This document shows positions 57,871-64,000 of a stretch of DNA of 64,000 nucleotides, piece after piece. Position 1 is the first letter of the stretch. Each line of letters starts with the position of its first letter. Made by a program: the position numbers and the translations under genes. The notes below the pieces were generated by a model, which saw only the letters and a program-made list of their open reading frames with translations, made no database searches and was not told the origin of the DNA. This stretch comes from the human T2T-CHM13v2.0 reference genome, Homo sapiens, in NCBI RefSeq assembly GCF_009914755.1, contig NC_060932.1; one strand, given 5' to 3'.

Positions 57871-58479
57871 GAACAAAGTTTTATTTTTTGCCTAAACAAT
57901 GGGAAGAAATGGAAAAGGGAATAGCTGAATGGATCCTACACATTAAATGAAAATAAATTAACATTTAAATACACTTTTGGGTGATAGATAAAATGGTGAT
58001 GAAGATTATGCTGTCTATATTTCAGAAGTCACAAAGACAACTAGTAATACATTCCTTTTAAGTACACTAAATTATAGCTTAATAACCTAAAGGATCTCAG
58101 GCCTATAAATCATGTATTTGGAAACCAAAGCTTATATCCATGGTATCTCCCAGTATCTTCACAGGGAGAGTGTGTCCAGAGCCCTTCCACGGATTTCTGC
58201 AAATCCTCTAGGCTTTGCTTTCATTCCTCCTGTGTACACCTTGGTAAAAATGGAATATTTACGAGGTGAAAAGTGCAATGGAAGCAGAAATTAATGGTCC
58301 CAGAGAGTGAGGTTCTAGTCCCCCTCAATCTCTGACCATTTGTTCTGAGTAATCTCAGTGTTGGCAGCTCCCTTACCCAGGTGTTAGTGCACCCCATCCA
58401 GCCACCACCAGCATACTCATGTACTCCGGAGATAACACAAGATTACTGCCACCAAGTGCACATCTTGTTCCTTAGACAG

Positions 58480-59060
58480 AATGTAATGATGAAAAGGGCA
58501 AGATTCCACAGGGCCTTGCTAAAAGCAGTGTAAAGGTAAAGGGAGTTTTCATAAGAAAAAAAAATTTCGGCTTAGGTTTTGGACAGATAACCAGCAGCTG
58601 TGTGGAGCTTAGAGAGGCGGAGAGGAGTTAAAAGGCTGTACCTATCATCCAAGCCTGCTGATGAGGACCTGAACTAAATCCTCAGCCATAAGAAAACAGA
58701 GAGCAAGATCAATTCTATCGACTTTATAGAGGTAGACCCAAGAGAGCTTGGCAATTGTTTGAATACATCTGCGAGGTTTCCAAATTAGGATGCTGGGGGA
58801 ATAGCAAAGACGTGAACAGAGGTTCAGAAAAGAGACATGGTTCAGAGATGGTAGTTACTGATTTAGAGGTCCATGTGGCATCTCCGCATTCTCAAGGAAA
58901 GCTCAGGGAACATACATGATGTCTACCTCAAGCTCCATAAGGAAATGCAAGCCAAAGAAATCAAGTGGCTTAGCCCAAGCCACCGTACCAATTATCATCA
59001 CAGACGGAAACAAAATCTGTGGTTCCAACTCCAAACACAGTAAGCTTTCCACTATAGCAT
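58480..59060 (-). mobile_element. L2 relic followed by MIR (~58930-59060)
   Basis: gatgaggacctgaactaa...agagcttggcaattgtttgaat; aagtggcttagcccaagccac. Confidence 0.6.
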
Positions 59061-59407
59061 GCCAACTCCATGTTCTGCTCTCCTCTAGGTCACTGTGAAC
59101 AGTCACTTTGATCATGTAATCCTATTACTAAAAACAAAAAAAAGGGAAACACGCTATGTGCAAATTATATAATATTCTACTACACTAACACATTAATTAC
59201 ATTACAAAACCTTAAAAGAACTATAAGTTTAAAAGTTGAGATGATATATTTTTTTCCTTACCTCAATGGATCATCATATGCACACCCTGGGGGTGGATGC
59301 CCCTGCCTCCCTTAGAAGACCACAGCACTGGATGTTGTCCCAGGCAGCCAGTGAAAACAGTGTGGAATTTGGCATCACCTGCATCACCACTGAACCACTT
59401 TGTGATT

Positions 59408-59765
59408 ACACTCTTTCTATTTCTACTGTTACAAATACCACAAACTTAGTGGCTTAAAACAATAAATTTATTGTCCCACAATGCCCATGGATCATAAGTC
59501 CAGGCACTGCCTGGCTCAGATGGTCCTCTGGTAAGAGTCTTAGAGGGCTGAAATCAAGCTGTCAACAGAAGTGGTTCCTTTCTAGAGGTTCTAGGAGAGA
59601 ATATGCTTCTAGGTTCATCCAGGTGGTTGGCAGAATTCAGGGGTTGTTCTTAGCTTCTAGAAGCCATGTTCCCTGACTTGTGGCCCCTTCATCTTCAAAG
59701 CCAGCGGCAGTGGATTGAATCCTTCCCGCACTTTGAATCTCTCTGACTTCTCCTTCTGCCTCATC
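59408..59765 (-). mobile_element. MLT1D/E-type LTR fragment
   Basis: acaaataccacaaacttagtggcttaaaacaa...ggctgaaatcaagctgtc...ttgtggccccttcatcttcaaagccagc. Confidence 0.82.
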
Positions 59766-60142
59766 CCACCAATGGTCACATCATTTTTCCAAGTCTCAAC
59801 TTCTTCAACAGCAAAGAATAAACATCTACCTCAGATGACTGGTTTGAGAATTACATGGAGTAATTGATATGAAATTATTTGAATATTCTAAAGCAATAGA
59901 TGTGGGGAAAGGTGGGAACTGGGAGAAATTAAAAAAGAAAAGGAGGGACAAGAGATTTCTCTGCTCTTAAGATGACCAGTATGATTCTGATAATAGAATA
60001 GGTTGAGTGTCAACAGAACACTAAAATTAAGGGAGATATTGCCTATAAAAGCACTTCATGAATACTACAGTGGCATATAAATGTTGAGAATTTTTATAAA
60101 ATATTATATGCCATATTAAACGCAAATTAACCTTAAGGCTTT

Positions 60143-60153
60143 ATTTATTTAAT

Positions 60154-60184
<31 letters not shown>

Positions 60185-60483
60185 TTTTTCTGAAACAGGG
60201 TCTTACTTTGTCGCCCACGCTGGAGTGCAGTGGCATGATCATGGCTCACTGCAGCCTCAATCCCTCAGGCTCAAGTAAATCTTCCCACCACAGTATCTTG
60301 AGTAGCTGGGACTACAGGCATGCACTACCACATCTGGCTTATTTTTTTTTTAATTTTTAGTAGAGACAATGTTTCACTATGTTGCCCAGGCTGTCCTCGA
60401 AAGAACTCCTGAGCTCAAGAAATCCTACCCACCTCGGCCTCCCAAAGTGCTAGCATTACAGGTGTGAGCCACTCCGCCTGGCC
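60143..60483 (-). mobile_element. AluJ with a (TTTA)n tail
   Basis: Antisense dimer; TSD aaccttaaggcttt/aacttttaggcttt. Confidence 0.94.
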
Positions 60484-60656
60484 AACTTTTAGGCTTTTTG
60501 AGATTTAGTCTGTACCCACAAAAAACTCATAATTTAAAACATTTATAAGTAAAAACGGAATGTAAGCTAGCACAATACCATAGAGCCTGTAGATATCCAA
60601 ATACCATTTGATGATAATGATTATGCCCTGGGCTCTAAAGATATTGTCATGGGGAC

Positions 60657-61155
60657 TGAAGTAGTCAGGGTTCTCCAGAGAAACAGAATCAATAGGATAT
60701 ATATAAATTTATAGAAAGAGATTTATTATGCGAGATTGGCTCACATGATGATGGAGATAGAGAAGTCCCATGATCTACTGTCTGCAATCTGGAGAAGGAG
60801 AAAAGCCAGTAGTGTAATTCCAGGCCCAAAGGCCTGAGGACCAGGGGAGTCAACGGTGAAACTCCCAGTGTCCATGCCCAAAGGCCCGAGAACCAGGATA
60901 TCAAGGGCAGGAGAAGATGGCTGTCCCAGTTCAAACAGAGAGCAAATTCCTCCTTCCTCTGCCTTTTCTATTGGGGCCTTCAATGGATTGGAGGATGCCT
61001 ACCCACATTGGTGAGGGTGATCTGTACTCAGTCTAGCAATGCAAATGCTAATCTCTTCCAGAGACATCCTCTCAAACACACCCAGAAATAAATTTTACCT
61101 GATATCTGAGTATCCCTTAGTACAGTCAAGTTGACACATAAAATTAACCATCACA
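60657..61155 (-). mobile_element. MLT2 solo LTR nested in a MIR
   Basis: agtcagggttctccagagaaacagaatcaatagga...gttgacacataaaattaaccatcaca; MIR core resumes at 61156-61300. Confidence 0.92.
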
Positions 61156-61484
61156 GAGTCAGTTACTTAAGTTCATTCCTCATCTGTAAAATGGGAATAA
61201 TAATGGCACCTACCTTAAAATTTGGTGAGGATTAAATAAGAGTACATGTGGAATACTCAAAACAATGCCGGGCTGATAAATATTATCTATTATTTTATCA
61301 TTGAATTGAGAAGAATGATGTTATGATCATAAGGCCAAAAATAAGACAACAAATCATCTACTTCTAGCTCACAGCCCTTCTTAAGACAATGAAAAGATTC
61401 ATATCTCCCAAAAGCTAATGTGCAAGAGAATAAATAAGAATAAAAATATATCTTTCAGGTCACAGTAAGAAATAGGTATGTTAA

Positions 61485-62027
61485 CTATTTGACCCAGCAA
61501 TCCCATTACTGGGTATATACCTGAAGGATTATAAATCATTCTACTATAAAGACACATGCACACATATGTTTATTGCAGCATTGTTCACAATAGCAAGATT
61601 GGAACCAACCCAAATGCCCATCAATGATAAACTGAATAAAGAAAATGTGGCACATATACACCATGGAATACTATGCAACCACGAAAAAGGATGAGTTCAT
61701 GTCCTCTGCAGGGACACGGATTAAGCTGGAAACCGTCATTCTCAGCAAACTAACACAAGAACAGAAAACCAAACACTGCCATGTTCTCACTCATAAGTGG
61801 GAGTTGAACAATGAGAACATATGGGCACAGGAAGGGGAACATCACACACTGGGGCCTGTCGGGGGGTTGGGGGGGCTAGGGGAGGGATAGCATTAGGAGA
61901 AATACCTAATGTAGATGATGGATTGATGGGTGCAGCAAACCACCATGGCACGCATATACCTATGTAACAAACCTGCACATTCTGCACATGTATTCCAGAA
62001 CTTAAAGTATAATAAAAAATAAAAATA
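61485..62027 (+). mobile_element. 5'-truncated L1PA (PA7/8-like) 3' end
   Basis: gacccagcaatcccattactgggtatatacc...ggagggatagcattaggagaaatacctaatgtagatga; TSD aagaaataggtat at 61467-61479 and 62028-62040. Confidence 0.94.
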
Positions 62028-62952
62028 AAGAAATAGGTATTTTACCCATTATGTCCTCTAATCTGATTCTGTCTTTTTATAGCTTGCAGGACACAGAGCA
62101 ATGATTTAGCTAAAAGCAAGGGTTATGTGAATTTGCAGCTTCAGCAACTAGCAGTTCTGGAAGATGCTTCCAGCAGGTGCACCCTCATCCTGAGAAGATT
62201 TAGTCAAGGCATGGTTGCCTAGATTGTTGACACCTGGTGTTTATTACAGCAAATTTTCAACTAAGATTAATGCCAAAAGAGAAGACTGGGTTTAGGCAGA
62301 TGCATTACACTGTGAGCATGCGTAGACCCCACATTTTCCAGCTGCACTGCACATATTCAAGTACTACCCACACTACTACAACTCCATCCAGTCCTCAGGG
62401 GGCATATAAGTTCAAGATGCTCTGAACTTATATGCCCCCCAGGAGACCTGTTGTGTTGAGAAACTAAAAGGAAGTAAAAAGGGAGATTTAAAATATCAAA
62501 TGCCTTACTACTTGTTGTGTTACTGTTCATCGGATGTAATTTAAAATGAAAATCCAAGGACTTTTCTCTTCACTATGACAGGCTCTGGGGAAATTCTTAA
62601 ATAGAAAACATGAAGCAAACCCAAGTAAAGAGCCTAAGAGAAAAAAGATATAAAGAAAACACCAAACAGAAGTTCAGTGAAAGAAGAGAAACTGTAAGGA
62701 AACAACAGTGAGATTTTATAGAATGGCTGTAATTGAGAGAAGAAAGGCAATTTGAAAAACCTTGGTTATTTCTTCATAAAACAAACATTTATTAAACATG
62801 TACTATGTGTCAAGCACTATGCTAGGAATCCTGAAAGAGCTCACCTAGTGAAGGAGACAGAAAACAGGCAATTATAAAACAGAAAGGGAAATTTTGTAAC
62901 ATGGATAAGTAAAAACAGGATGATGTGGAAAGGGTCAGGGGTGGAGGAACAC

Positions 62953-63303
62953 TGTCAAACCCATTTTGTATTGCTATAATAGAATGACACAGACTGGGTG
63001 ATTGATAATGAACAGAAATGTATTGACTCACAGTTCTGGAGGCTGTGAAGTCCAAGATCAAGGGGCCGGCATCTGGTGGGGGCCTTCTGTTTCATCATCC
63101 CATGGCAGAAGGCAAAAGGGGAAGAGAGAGCAAGAGATCAAACTGCCAGCCTCAAGCCCTTTTATAATCAGCATTAATTCATTCCTGAAGGCAGGGCCCT
63201 CATGGCCTAAACACCTCCCATTAGACCCTACATCCCAACAGTGTTGCATTCGGGATTCAGTTTTCAGCACATGCTTTTGGGAGCACACATTCAAACAATG
63301 GCA
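62953..63303 (-). mobile_element. MSTC/D-type MaLR solo LTR within L2
   Basis: cagttctggaggctgtgaagtccaagatcaagg...acacattcaaacaatggca; TSD aacac/ggcac. Confidence 0.88.
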
Positions 63304-63529
63304 GGCACCTAGCTCTGTGGACTTACAGAAGCAAGAAGATTAACTCAAAAAAGCAAATGACGGTAAATGGAAAAGGGAGATAGATAGAGCTGTGCCTTCT
63401 AGACCAGGTGCAGCCATTCCTTGCTGCTGGGACCTGGAACAAGTCACTCCTCTTACTTCTCCCATACTTCAAAGAAGGTTCTTCGGCTATGTGATTAGCC
63501 TGGGAACTCTATGAACCCTATGAGCAGAC

Positions 63530-63864
63530 AGTCATCCTTGACTCCTCTCATTCCTCATACTTCACATTTAATCTGTCAGAAATACCTATTGGTTCTACGT
63601 TCAAAATATATATCCAGGATCTGTCCTCTATCCCTTTCTCCATCCATCACTATCACCATGGTGCGGCCTGAGCCAACATCACATCTCATGTGGATCCATG
63701 CAATGGCCTCCTAACAAGTCTGCTTCTGCACTCCACTATCAAGAGCAGCTAGAACAAGCCTATTCTCTTGAGCATGGTGTTGATCTGTTCAGAATACTAC
63801 AATGGCTCCCCATTGCACTTGAGCTAAACGACCCATGCATGATCTCTCTCCCATCCTCACCTCA
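63530..63864 (+). mobile_element. L2 fragment
   Basis: ttcaaaatatatatccaggatctgtcc...tgcaatggcctcctaac...aatggctccccattgcactt. Confidence 0.82.
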
Positions 63865-64000
63865 TCTTCTTTTCTTCTTCTTTTTTTTTGAGACGGAGTC
63901 TTGCTCTGTCACCCAGGCTGGAGTGCAGTGGTGTGATCTTAGCTCACTGCAACCTCTGCCTCCCTGGTTCAAGCAACTCTCCCTCCTCAGTCTCCTGAGT
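63865..64000 (-). mobile_element. Alu, cut by window end
   Basis: Poly-T then gagacggagtcttgctctgtcacccaggctggagtgcagtgg. Confidence 0.95.

Overview
Human (primate) non-coding genomic DNA, intronic or intergenic. An AluYb8 with its diagnostic 7-bp duplication points to Homo sapiens. I can support no protein-coding gene or structured RNA gene; the supplied ORFs are chance frames or read-through of Alu, L1, L2 and LTR sequence. Much of the window is recognisable interspersed repeat: about 17 Alu/FAM/FLAM copies, several L1 fragments, many L2/MIR relics, MaLR/ERVL solo LTRs and hAT MITEs, many with readable target-site duplications (TSDs). Subfamily names come from remembered consensus sequences, not from a RepeatMasker run. 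Structure that the repeats do not explain: a ~184-bp, ~92%-identical inverted duplication 1.1 kb apart; a 118-bp, ~88%-identical direct duplication 2 kb apart; a perfect 32-bp palindrome forming two STAT5-type GAS sites 6 bp apart; a CTCF motif in an LTR41; a 47-bp minisatellite born from L2; a fold-back in an MLT1F 5' end; repeat-poor enhancer-like blocks; and two speculative exon candidates. I found no convincing new multi-component biological system.
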